From: Chrysomallon squamiferum
Taxonomy: Eukaryota > Animalia > Mollusca
Assembly: GCA_012295275.1 (NCBI GenBank)
Contig: CM022672.1
Location: forward strand, 19,034,001 to 19,098,000
Length of the DNA stretch: 64,000 nt
Reading direction: 5' to 3'
Positions 43,674 through 57,431 of this stretch are shown here, piece by piece. Both the position numbers and the translations under genes were made by a program. The notes below the pieces were generated by a model, which had not been told where the DNA came from, ran no database searches, and saw nothing but the letters and a program-made list of their open reading frames with translations. The stretch's first letter is position 1. Each line of letters begins with the position of its first letter.

Positions 43674-45486
43674 CGGGCGCTGAATTGAAATTACTGTAAA
43701 TGACTCCAGACATAGGTAAGTATAATTATGAGTAAGTCTGCTGTGTGTGTGTGTGTTTTTTGCACACGCGTGCAGCCGTAGTGCGTTTACGTATGCGTGA
43801 CGGAAACGAAACGTTTTCCGTTTTGACCTCGCTCTCGTATAAACTAAATTAATAAACGAGAAGCAGCTCGTGGATCGGTTCTGGATCGCCGTTCGTTTGG
43901 CGCTGATAAACGCCAGAACTTCGAAAACATTTAAGGCACGATTAGCGTAATCAGGATAATAGCCTCGAATCCGTGTTCGGCTAAATTGACTAATAATAGC
44001 GGGATGCTTTATCGGCGTGCTGTACAGGCAACACGTGCGCTGCCAATCAGCGCGCGCACTTGCCGCCATTGTGAAGCAATCGTCTGTTAAAGACCGGTGA
44101 ATCCAGCTCGTAAAGAGTTTTAATGTACGGCATAATGATAGAGCGTGCAACTCCGAGAACGAAGTTTTTCCAAACGTCTTCTAATTAAAACAGGCTTGTC
44201 GACACACCGGAAATGAGCTTGTGTGCATGTCTGTTTTTGCCGAGGTTTTTTTTTTTTTTTTTTAATAAGGCTTAAAATAGACAAAATTGATAATTTAAAA
44301 CAAAAAGCCATCCATCCCCCTCATTGTCTGAAGTTTGAGTCAGGAAATTAAGTTTAGTGCCATGTAATGTTTTAAATAAAATTAACCTCTGGCACTGCGG
44401 TATTAATTCACTATAATTTTACTTTCTGAAATACGAGCTCAGGCATCCACTTTCTGTATAATTTTCATTTTAGTTGGCGCTATGTGTGATTAAAAAACAT
44501 TTCTGTAATTATATACTATTATTTCGAAACAATAACAACAAAAAAAAGAGAGAGAGAGAGAGAGAAAAAATTAATTGTATTCTTCTGTTACAGAAGGTGC
44601 AGAGTTATTTCACAGAAACTATTTTTTTATTTATTTTTTTTTATAAAAGAAAGATAAACATTTGCTTTGTTTAAACGAAGTATGTTATCGCTTCTGTCAG
44701 CGTATAACATATACATGCATTCGTGCAAACAAATAGCGTTAGAGATACGCACATACTTGCACACTTACCTACATACACACACAGATAGATACACACATAC
44801 ATACATACATACACACTCTCATACACAGATATGTAAGCATACTTAATACATGTGTACATAAAAATTCGCATATAAACAGACAAAGACAAACATAAATGCA
44901 TATTGCTTGATCTAAACATAGCCTGGAATCTGTATTTATATTGGTTCGTGAATTCTATCAGTAACAACAGTTGTAACATCGGTCTAATTGCTCACTCCGT
45001 TCCAGCGTTTACAGACAACTATTTACACAAGTATTAACGTTCGCCTTCAAACACGATCTCGGAATAGTTCGGCTTCGCTAAAACTCGCAACAAGTAGACC
45101 ATTATCGGGTAATTGGCATCTATGAGTGGCTATTAATCCGTGATCGTCAGATCTTTAGTATAATTAACCGTAGATTGAGATACAGCGTATCAGTCGAGAT
45201 ACCGTGTGGAAGACTAAACATTATCAAAGAAACATTTACTAGTAAGTCGGAAAGATATCGGTTGTTACCTTCCATATTTCCCGTTCAAACCTTTAACTAA
45301 CAACCCCAAAACCATACATTTTTGTGTAATATATCTCTTTTCAAAAATATTTAATTTTTTTTTTTTAAATAAACGCACGAAAGACAAACTAATGTTATTA
45401 GATTCAATTTATCTCAAGAATTTTAAAATACATCTGAAGACAAACACATTCATGTTTATATTTATATGTGTATATATGTGTGTGTG

Positions 45487-45519
<33 letters not shown>

Positions 45520-45528
45520 GCATGTATG

Positions 45529-45567
<39 letters not shown>

Positions 45568-46255
45568 CCCAATGCACCCGGTCATCTCTGGTATATCAGT
45601 ATGGATCGTTCTAAAAAAAAAAAAAAAAAAAAAAAAAGGAAAAAAATATACCAATAAAACTGCTTTTTCATTTCGAAAACGCTCAGCCACATCTGATAGC
45701 CCTTTCAGTGATCATTTTTCTTTATGTAAAGCGGAGAAAAGCGATAAAATTCCCCCACTCTGATTCAGCCTCGCTGCACGCTGTTTTACCGCTAATAGCC
45801 GTTTGGAATGTAATTGGCTCTTTACGGCGGTTTTATACAGCCACGTCGTGTATGGGGTCTGACGTACACGGGCGAAGACGCGGAACATCTACAGGACCCC
45901 CGAATACCGGGCGTATTATGGAAGCAATAAATACGCATTAACATCTGATTTACTCAAGTGAAGTGCACCTTGGGAATCCAAGAAACCGAGATTACCCCGA
46001 TACCCCTATTTAAGAAATAATCATACACGCGACGGGGCTCCCAGCCGGCTTCAAAGGTTTTGAGTCTACAAACATACGAGTTGATTTGTTGCGTTATAAG
46101 CCGCTACGACTAGCGAGGGGGGGATCGAGACGGGAGATAAGCCGGACGTCACGTGCTGTAAAGTCGTGGGGATGGTGCAGCTGTCGCGCGATCTGACGAG
46201 GCTGCGTCTGAGCAAAGAGTTTCCAGCGAGTGAGCGTGATAAACCCTACTACTCC

Positions 46256-46313
46256 GATATTTGTTTGTTTGCTTGTTTTCTTATTTTGTTTTGTTTTGTT
46301 TTTTGTTTTGTTT

Positions 46314-46358
<45 letters not shown>

Positions 46359-46750
46359 TTTTGTTTTATTTTATTTTATTTTATTTTATTTATTATTTTT
46401 TCTTATTTATTTATTTTTTATTTTCTTATTTATTTATTTTGTTTTTATTTTATTTTATTTTTTTTTTATTTTTTATTTTATTTTATTTTTTTTATTTATT
46501 TATTTTGTATTTATTTATTTATTTACTTTCTTTCTTATTTATTTATTTTATTTTATTTATTTTATTTTATTTTGTTTATTTTATTTTATTTTATTTTTTT
46601 TTTTATTTTTTATTTATATATTTTGTATTTATTTATTTATTTACTTTCTTATTGATTTATTTACTTTCTTACTTTCTTATTTATTTATTTATTTATTTAT
46701 TTATATTATTTATTTATTTACTTACTTACTTATTTATTTGTTTGTTTAAT
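46256..46750. repeat. (TTTA)/(TTTTA) low-complexity tract
   Basis: Read directly from the sequence. Confidence 0.93.
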
Positions 46751-48289
46751 TGTTTACTTGATTCTTGGTGTGACTGATTACAATAATTTATGTCGTTGTG
46801 ATGGTTGTGGTTACGGCTATGGTTATTCACGATGACGATGAAGTTTAGTATTAAAACGAGTGCTACTTTGGCGTCTTCTGCCGTTGCTCTTATTAATGGT
46901 TGTGACGACGTCTGCGTATTTTTAGTTTTCTACCCTAATTCATTTATTCATTCATTCTCTCTTTCACTCTTTTTCCCCTTCGTTCATAGAGCATTTGAAA
47001 TAACTCGATAAATGTTTTACGTAACACGCAGACTTGCACTTTGTTACTGGTGAGCAATTTTAAGTGAAATTCAAAGTCAAAGACATTAATTATTTAGATA
47101 TGTGTTGTATACAGAACTATTCAACCAGCGTATGTGCTGTTTTGTCCACCTTTCCAAATATGTATACAGGTCACGTGTTTCTGTCACATCTCAAACGATA
47201 TCACGTGATCAAACGCCACCTATTGAAAAAAAAAAAAAACGCTAGGAACTTATCTTCCAACCTAATACAATAAAGCCATAAAATGTGGAGTGTATGGTTC
47301 GCAATGATGTTACAAATATATAATAATATTAAAATGGCGTGACCAGTGCAGAATAATATCCATGCAGTTTGGATTTTGTGAAGGACAACACTAAGTTGCC
47401 TTGAAATTTAAATTATCTAATTCTAAACCATAATTAATAACAAATAAAATAAAAAAAATCACCGTAAAATTTAAATAATCCGATTCCCAGCCATAATTAA
47501 AATTAATTTGCATTGTGCGATTGAAAACGGTTATAAATTCATATTCATTCGATTTACAACGGGTCATTATCCGAAAACTATCCCACTTGTCGGTTTTTAT
47601 TGTCCGTAACAAAACTTCAAAACCATTATTCCAAGCCACTTTTGTTTAAAAATGTGGTTTTTCAGCAAACGTCTGGTCCCTGGATCAGACGCAACAGGTG
47701 GCCATTTTAATCGACGGTCTCGATCCCACTTTATTAGTTTTGATATCGGCGAATGAAACATCGCGACATAACAGCACAGTGACAGTTCCTTCTGGGCACG
47801 TTTTTCGAAAATACGCCGGTTTTCCGTGTTCAGTTCTCCCCCCCACCTTTCCTCGCTGTCCCACATCACGAAGGTGCCAGCGCGAAATGATTTGCGTTAT
47901 CGAGACCAGTGGTTAATAACCCGGAACCGTACATATCCTCGGGAGAAGCAGAGGGTGTCGTGAAATAAAGAGACTAGTGAGAAGCCGGTTTTTTTTTGTG
48001 GTGTGGATTAATCGCTGCCATTAAGCATATGGTCCGAAGTTCCCAGTCCCCTTCAGGCGACAATTGTTTTTAATGAGTGTAATGGTTTTTACACGTAACT
48101 TTCGTGTCATACTAGACGTGGTCAAAGCTTTTTGTTGACCCTTTTGCTTGGTCACTTTTATTTTATTTTATTTTTTTTTATTTTTTTAAATTAAAACTGC
48201 TTCGTTTTATTGTTATTCACTTATTGTTATATATTTCTCGTTTTGGGGAAAATTAAGTTCTGTATTTGTTGATGCTTTTATTGTTGTTG

Positions 48290-48344
<55 letters not shown>

Positions 48345-48469
48345 TTAATTATAACTGATTCGTTTTATTTTTATATTGTTTTATATTTCTTGTTTGGAGT
48401 GCTGTATTTGTTCATGTTGTTATTGCTATTGTTATGATTATGTTTATGATGATGATGATGATGATGATG

Positions 48470-48520
<51 letters not shown>

Positions 48521-49420
48521 TTAGATATGTTTACTTTTTATTTCTAAATCGTCTTCAGACTGAAAAGAATTTATAAATTAAAACAAAGAAGTTACTCAAA
48601 TAAAATAATTTACTGTAAAATAAAGCAAAACAAAACAAAACGAAACAAATATTAATAAAATTAAATAAAACGAAAAAGAAAGCGAAACTTAGATATAAAA
48701 ACTGTTCAAGAAAAACTCTGATTCATACGCTAAAACGAATATATTCCTTTATAATAACTTTTCTATCTCTTCATTACTTCATTTTAAAACTATTAAATTT
48801 TACTACACTTCTGAACCCAGTTAAATTCTCCCAAATGTATAAAAATCCTATTTATTTAATGCACTGGAAAAAACAACAACTTAATACATAAACCATCAGA
48901 TGCTTTCGTTTTACTTTCATCTAAGGAAAACGTAATCATTCGGAAAATATTCGGATTTATTCGGCATTAATCGTATTTCTTCGGAATCTGCGGTATGTGT
49001 ATCTGCATCAACAGACTTACAAATGGTATGTTTTATTACAACTTTAAAATATTAAGATATGTAGACGAATGTTTTAAATTTGTAAACCTTTTTAAGACAG
49101 AAATAAAAGGATATACTAAAGCAGTAAATGAACAGTGTAACGTGTTAAAAATATATAAAATGTCATGAAGAAGACTAACAGAAGAGTATAGAGGCATGTT
49201 CATAAATTAACTTAATAGTATTTATTTATTTATTTATTTATTTATTGATTTATTTATTTATTTACTTAATAGATTTTCTGTTAATTTCCTCAGGGATTGT
49301 GCATAATTTTTATTTTTATTTATTATATTAACTTAATTATTTTTAGACAGCGCTAAATAGTATCAAAATTGAATACTGTATTTTATGTTCTTCTTCTTTT
49401 TGTTTGTTTTTGTTTTCATT

Positions 49421-49453
<33 letters not shown>

Positions 49454-49663
49454 TAATATTACTATTGTTTCTGCTGTTGTTGTTACTGCTGCTGTTATTG
49501 GTTTTATTATTATTACTACTGCTACTACTACTAAGAGTACTACTACTACAATTTCTAATGCTACAGCTACCATAACTTCTATTATTATTACTGTTACTAT
49601 TGGGTTGTTTTTTTTTGTTGATTTTGTTGTTTTTGTTGCTGTTGCTGTTGCTGTTGTTGATGC

Positions 49664-49711
<48 letters not shown>

Positions 49712-49840
49712 TATTATTTATTATTATCATCATCATCAATATCATTATGTTACCGTCAACATCGTCATCATCATCATTTCTATTATTATTATGTTTTTAT
49801 CGTTATTATTGTTATCACAATAATCAGCAGGACTATCGCC

Positions 49841-49969
49841 GATATTAATTTCCTTGCAATTAGTATTCCTCACAAGCAATAAAAACTACAATAATTATAC
49901 CTCAGTAACACCTAACCTTAAGGCTGCAGATAGTATCATACAACTGCATTGTCCGGTATTCCATAATAT
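49841..49969 (+). repeat. Dispersed ~130-bp direct repeat, copy 1
   Basis: gatattaatttccttgcaattagtattcctcacaagcaataaaaa...aaggctgcagatagtatcat...ttccataatat; clearly homologous to 53783-53920. Confidence 0.9.
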
Positions 49970-50334
49970 ACACGGCGACAACAATTAAGCAGGAAGGCGC
50001 GCCGAGAAATATTATAATGCCAGTCAGAAACGCATTCGAGGCTGTCAAATCCGTGCAACAGATTGCAACAACGGTCCGGCTTCACAGTCCGATCCGGATT
50101 TTCTGGCAATTGATTTTGCGATTAATTTCACAAAGAGCAGTTAGCACATCCGTAATGCAGCTGTCTCCCCAATCATTCAATTAATGTAAATGTTATTTGT
50201 ATCTAAAAAAAATTATATATATATATATATATATATGGATGTTTTTTTTTCCTTTTTTTATATATATATTTAAGAAATAATAATATTTTTTTTTTTTTTA
50301 AATTCTGAAATAGAGAAACATTTTTTAATATGCA

Positions 50335-50340
50335 TCTATA

Positions 50341-50400
<60 letters not shown>

Positions 50401-50437
50401 CATCCATCCATCCATCCATCCATCCATCCATCCATCC

Positions 50438-50472
<35 letters not shown>

Positions 50473-50518
50473 CATCCATCCATCCATCTATCTATCTATC
50501 TATCTATATATATATATA
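50335..50518. repeat. (ATCT)/(ATCC) compound microsatellite
   Basis: Read directly from the sequence. Confidence 0.93.
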
Positions 50519-50618
50519 AGAGAAAAAAAGAAGAAAAAGAAACAAACTGCAACAACTAAATAAACAAATAGGGACAAAAAACAACGACAACAGTAACGCA
50601 AATTAATAAATATAAAAA

Positions 50619-50658
<40 letters not shown>

Positions 50659-51197
50659 CAAATAATAGAGAATTAAAACAAGGAGAGAAAATAAATTAGT
50701 GTGATACAGATATGAAACGATTAATACATTTGATGTATATTATGTTGCCATGCGATGACAATTAATTACCTATGTCAGTATCTGGTGTATGTATGTATGT
50801 ATGTATGTATGTATGTATGTATATATATATATATATATTGCTTGTCATAAAGATTATCTGTTAACAGAGAAGCGACATAACGTTTGTATCAAGTATATGT
50901 TTCACATACGTATTCGTATTGAATTTTCGAGTACATTGTTTTCGTTAAATACAATTTGAATATTGATCAGTTAATGGTAATGAAGCAGACACGTGACTGT
51001 TGTACAGTGGCTAGAACGCAGATTGGACGGGTTCTTCGTATGATTTGCCTTTCTCCGCCCACCCTGGATATATCTCTGTCTTTATTTATACTACTGGATA
51101 CAGTGAAATTAGAATGAATTACCTCGTACCGAACTTCAAGAACTTGTTGTAACAAATGCAAATTGGGGAAGACAACAACAACAACAACAACAACAAC

Positions 51198-51235
<38 letters not shown>

Positions 51236-53105
51236 TGATGATGATGATGATGATGATAATAGTAATAATGATAATAATAATAATAACAACAATAATAATA
51301 ATATTTACTTGTATTTTTATTACTTTATTTATTTTTTATTTTATTATTTTTTTTATTTCTTTATTTCTTTATTTATTTGTTTGTTTTTTTGTTGTTTATT
51401 TATTTATTTATTTATTATTTTTATTTTTATTTATTTTATTTTTATTATTAATACTTTTTGTTATTGTTTTCTAGTGTTGATATTTGCACCCGGCAACGTA
51501 TAAAATTAACTGAAGTTATTTTTAAGATGCATACCACAGAATATCTGATGTACATAAAACTATGGAGACAACCAGTCAGGAAGAAATTAGAACTAAGAAC
51601 AGTGATAAAGATCATTCTGTATCAGAATGGTTTAACCCACGTCAAATTCATTTAAATGTTCCCATGGACACTTTGTGAGTGTTACGATAGAAAAATATTG
51701 TGTTAATTTGGATTTTTATAAAACAGAAAAAGACAGAGGATTTAATAAGTACAACAGAAGAAGGTGGAGTTAGATGCACATTCAAGAAAAATGTTATTTG
51801 AAAAATGACAAACGTATTTGAGTAGTAAATATAGAAAAATACATTTCATGCAAAAATGTTCGTACCATGGAAAATAATTTAGTACTGATTATTTATTTAT
51901 TTATTTATTTATTGACTTAATTACTTATTTATATTTTGTTTGTTTATTTGTTTGTTTGTTTGTAATTTAGTGTACAGTTATTGTAACAGTTAATAATGCA
52001 GAAATAAAAATAAAAAATAAGACAATAAAATAAAGCAAAGACAGTAAAAAGAAACTAATATCGCAAACAAAAACACAACTAAACAAAGAAAAGAAAGAAA
52101 ATTAAGAAAAACATAAAAAATAAAGAAAAAAATGAGAGAAAACGATTTTCATATGCAGTTACGAAATTACCAATAAAAACCACACACAACAGTTACAAAG
52201 GCACCACCACGTCTGCAGAAATATTAACAACAAACGCACAACGACCCGTGTTAAACACCAGAAGAACACGAAAAACACGCTGTTATGTCTAAAGCAGTCG
52301 TAACAGAACATTGTCTGCTTGGGACAGGCACACAGTTAATTAGCTCTCGTAACGAGAAAGCCGTTATCTGCAATGACACTAATTCGCTAATTGTGCGAGA
52401 TCAGAAGACGAAACGTAACCACGCAAGCCTACTGATTACTTATAGCTGGAACGTCGCATATGAAACGTAAACTGTGCGGATGGCTGGAACTCATAAACTC
52501 GCCGGATGGCCCCTCGCAGAATCGTTAAGTGCCACCACGGCGAAAGAGAAACACTGGGTTTTTTGGGACGTCATCTGAGGCAGGAATTCGGCGAATAAAG
52601 ACTTCGGTAATTAGATTGGTTGGTAACACACGCCGTGCACTTAAATGCTCATCATAAAGTTATTAACAAGCCAATTAGTCGTCTGGGAACGGAACGGTAA
52701 ACAAAAGCATTCGGGGCTCCGTTGAGGATTTGTTTTGGGGATAATTAGATTATTGTTGTGGGCAGTTTCGAAGCTTTCTGATGAGTGAACATGAGTTGTT
52801 TATTATCTTGTCCATTTGCAAGTGAATTCGTAGATGTCTGAATGGTGAAGGATGAAGGAAGGTCGCATTAGCAAAATGATGTACAATTGTTTTGCTTTTT
52901 TTTTTCTAGAAAAGAAAGTAACGCATGAGTTATTAATTATATACATCATGAGTGTTTCTTTTGTCAGCATTTTAAGACAAACTACATTATGAACATTATG
53001 AAATATTTTATGATAATTAAATGAAAGTTTTCTTCTAACACAAATGGAAATCCTTTACCTACAGAGAAATCTTTACAAATTAGAGGTCCTTAATATAAAC
53101 ACACA

Positions 53106-53202
<97 letters not shown>

Positions 53203-53680
53203 AGACAAATTAAGAAGAACAAAACTAAATTTGCATATTTGAGAAAAAAACATTCAGTTTAAAAAATCAGATTTTATATAATAAACAGGATGGAGAATGG
53301 TAATAATTTTCAAATTGAAAGATTTTTATAATTAATTTTAAGAGATCAATTAATATAGGGTTGGAAAATTATTTTTCAAATACTGGTTAAAATACTCAAA
53401 TAAGTCAAATAGCTTTTGACAATCAGCTGTTATAAATAATTTTTTTACTGCCATTTTTAAGATTAATTACTATTACTTCTACTGCTGATAACATCATTGT
53501 TGACGTTGTTGTGTTGGTGTTGGTGGTTATTGTTTTTATTATTATTATTGCTGTTGTTGTTATTGTTATTATTATTATTATTATTATCATCCTCGTCATC
53601 ACAGCTATTATTATTATTATTATTATAATATCGTCATCATAATTATTATTATCAATATATAATTATTAATAATAATAATA

Positions 53681-53712
<32 letters not shown>

Positions 53713-53782
53713 CACTATTATTATTATTCTTATCATCGTCATCATCATCATCATAATCATTATCAGTATCAGTACTATCAGT

Positions 53783-53920
53783 GATATTAATTTCCTTGCA
53801 ATTAGTATTCTTCACAAGCAATAAAAAATACAATAATTTTATCTCTGTATCACAATACGTTTCTAACCCTAAGGCTGCAGATAGTATCATCAACTAGCGT
53901 TGTTCAGGGTTCCATGATAT
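53783..53920 (+). repeat. Dispersed ~130-bp direct repeat, copy 2
   Basis: gatattaatttccttgcaattagtattcttcacaagcaataaaaa...aaggctgcagatagtatcat...ttccatgatat; carries a ~9-bp insertion relative to copy 1. Confidence 0.9.
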
Positions 53921-54087
53921 TTCTCTATATGAAAAGCAGTTATTCGAAAACAGAAATAACAGGAATGTTTTAATGTATTGTTGGCTTTTTCACTATTTAT
54001 TTGCTACTTTTCTTTCTTTTCTGTCAAAGAAAAAAAAAAAAAATAAAAAAACAAACGAACAAAGAAACAAAAAAGAATTAAAGAAAA

Positions 54088-54275
54088 GAAAGAAATAACT
54101 GAGATATAAAATAAAGAAATAATTAAGAAACAAAATAAAGAAATAATTAAGAAATAAAATAAAGAAATAATTAAGATATAAAATAAAGAAATAATTAAGA
54201 AACAAAATAAAGAAATAATTAAGAAATAAAATAAAGAAATAATTAACAAAATAAAATAAAAAATAATTAAAAAAT
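54088..54275. repeat. 24-bp minisatellite, ~7 copies
   Basis: Unit aaataaagaaataattaagaaaca/gatata; it explains the LFLNYFFI pseudo-ORF. Confidence 0.85.
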
Positions 54276-54749
54276 GAAATAAAGAAATAAACAAAAAAAA
54301 TAAAAAATAAAACAAAATAAACAAACTGAAAAATAAAAAAAAAACAAAAAAACAAAATAAATCAACAAGTTTAAACAGATGAACAGATTCTGTATCAAAA
54401 ACGTTGATTAAATACAATTAAAAAATATTTAAAATTTTGAACGCATCCTATGTAGAGCCTCTGTTCGTCTCACATTAATTATTAAAGAAACACAGTCCCG
54501 TGTGGGTACAAGTGTCTGCGCTTCGTTACTTTTATTACTGGTAACAAGCGAGTAGCAAACAATTAAAAAAATGTGACTCGGTTGTTGAACAAAAGAGATA
54601 AGTATATGATGTGTCCTACCGGTATTTTTTATTTTTTATTATTATTTTATTATTATTATTTTATTTTTTTTTTTTATTTTTTTTTTTTTATTATTATTAT
54701 TTTTTTTTTTTTGTTGAACAATGGAACATGACTATTAATACTTTTTTTA

Positions 54750-54799
<50 letters not shown>

Positions 54800-54943
54800 A
54801 TTTTTTAAAATATACATCTATTCGTAGAATTTAAAAGATAGAAAAGTAATAACTCTTTCAGAAGAAAAATCACAGAATGGAGAGAGAGAAACTGGAAGAT
54901 GGACAGATAGAGAGATAGAAAAAACTGACAGAGAATATTGGGG

Positions 54944-55020
<77 letters not shown>

Positions 55021-56453
55021 ATGAAGATTAAGACGCCAAAAAAAATATTATAATAAACAGTAACATAAATTAATAATAATTTTATAGATAAATATAAGTT
55101 AAAATGTTATTTCTTTCATTATTTCTGATGTTTTTATTATTATTATCGAGTTGTCGTTGTTCATAATTTTTAAATTATTATTATTTTTTTTTTAATTATA
55201 CTTTTTGTTCTTTCCATTTATTTTTCCTTCTGTTTATTATATTTAATCTATTATTTATTTAATTACTATTGTTTTATTTACCCTTCTTTTCATTTAATTT
55301 TATTTTTTAGATTTAATTATTTATTTAGCTTTATTTTTTAGTTTTAATTACTTATTTAGTTTTATGTATTTATTTATTAGTTTCATTTAGTTATTTAGTT
55401 GTTTTTTATTATTAATTTTAATTAGTTATTTAGTTATATATATATATATTCCATGGTATGAACATTTTTATAAATGTATTTTTATGTTTACCACTCAAAT
55501 ATATATATATATTAATTTTTAAATTTTTAAATTAAATTATTCGTTTAAACTATTTATTTAGTTTTACCTATCTATTCATTTAACGAATCCTTCTTTTTCT
55601 TTCATTCTTTCTTTCATTCTTTCTTTCTTTCTTTCTTCACACGGACGCTTCGAAATAAAACTAATTCTCACGTAAGCGCAAATATTCTTCTTCTTCTTCT
55701 TCTTCTTATATTTTTAATAAAAAAATCTATTCATAATCGTAAAAACCGAACACTAAATTAAATTAAAACGTAAGTGCAACAGTCTCGCCAAGCACATAAA
55801 AGGCTATGATAAGAAACCCACACTTAACAAATAATTACAAATTATTCCTACTGCCATCAATCACCGGTGACAGTCGCAATATACATCCGCGAGAATGAGG
55901 TTTTCCCGCCTCCCTAGACACACTGGCGCTGAAGAGCTGCAGACGATGACAAAAAAGTACCTCACTCGCCGAAGAGCGCATTTGCGCCTGTCATTCAGGG
56001 CGGATAACTGCGGATAACTTCATATTAGCTCCAACTTTGTTTTTATCGCCAAAAAAAAAAAAATTTTTAAAAAAAAAATCCGCTGAAGTTTGGATTGGAC
56101 TTCTGTTTTTTTGTGTTTATCGCGCACCGCTGATATGTAATACTTCGTGTATATCTCCGACCTGACCGGCCATTATCGGCAACTCGACGTTCCTAATTAA
56201 CTCCAACCCGTATAACTCACAGCGTGAATGGATGGATCGCTGCTATCGGTGTGTGGTGGGGGAGGGGGGAAAGAGATAAGAAAAAAAATATTTAATTTGA
56301 GCTATCGTAGGATATCGGGTTGTTTGTTATGTATCAGGCTATCTATCGCGTCTGTCTTTACCTCTTGTCTGTCTATCTGTCTGTCTGTCTGTCTGTCTGT
56401 CTGTGTTTATTATTATTATTTTTATTGGTTGTTGTCTCGTTTAGCTGGTATGC

Positions 56454-56510
56454 CTGTTTGTCGGTTCGACTGTTTGTCGGTTCGACTGTTTGTCGGTTCG
56501 ACTGTTTGTC
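56454..56510. repeat. 16-bp tandem repeat (tgtttgtcggttcgac) x ~3.5
   Basis: Read directly from the sequence. Confidence 0.9.
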
Positions 56511-57431
56511 GTTTTTGTCCGTCTGACACCTCGGAGCTAATAATTCAGAGACTGTGTAGACAAGCGTCTACCAATGTTTTTAGCATAGTTTGAATTCTTC
56601 TAATTTTTTCAATTCTCGGGTTTCATTGTAAATTTAAAAAAAGAAAACGAAAGAAAAACATACAAAAAAAAAACCCTCCTATACTAAAAAGTATTGTTAA
56701 AGAAGAAAGTCAGAAATACACCTTGATTATAAAATTTTATTAAAAAAAAATTTCACGTTTGTAATCCTGCATTCGGCAAGATGCACACGGTAAGATTGTA
56801 AATAAAGAGAAATTACAATATTTAAACATTTACATTTAATATATTTATCAAAATTATTATATAATAATTATTCATGTGGATATCGTGCACTTCATGAAAG
56901 AGATCTGACTTTCAAAACGAAATAATTTCATAATAACGATAGAAAGAAAACACTGATGTACAAAAAAACAGAAAAAAGGTTTGTAAAATTTGAACGTAAT
57001 TTTAATGTTTTAATACACTAACAAACGTGATCTGAAGTCTTTTGATTATATTACATTAAATACCCATCAAAAATGTTCCTTAACCAGGTACATACTAAAA
57101 TTTTGGCACAGTCTTAAAATGATCTAGGCCATATTAATTTTCCTATGTTCCTTATCTATTATATTACTCAAGTTTTACCATAATTACACCGACTAACTTC
57201 CCCATCCCAAACATTAAGTAGAGTCTGTTTTATTTATTTTCATACGGAATGTATGAGGTGGATAATTATTATTATTATTATTATGGTATAATTTTCAATT
57301 AATTCAAATTTAGGCTCAAACACGTTAAAAAAGGAAAAAGAATAACTCAGCAAATGTAAGTGTACGATTAAAGAATCTAAATCCCGTTCTAACTCTTCTT
57401 GGAGCTGTATTAAATTAAAAGGAACTTTGCT

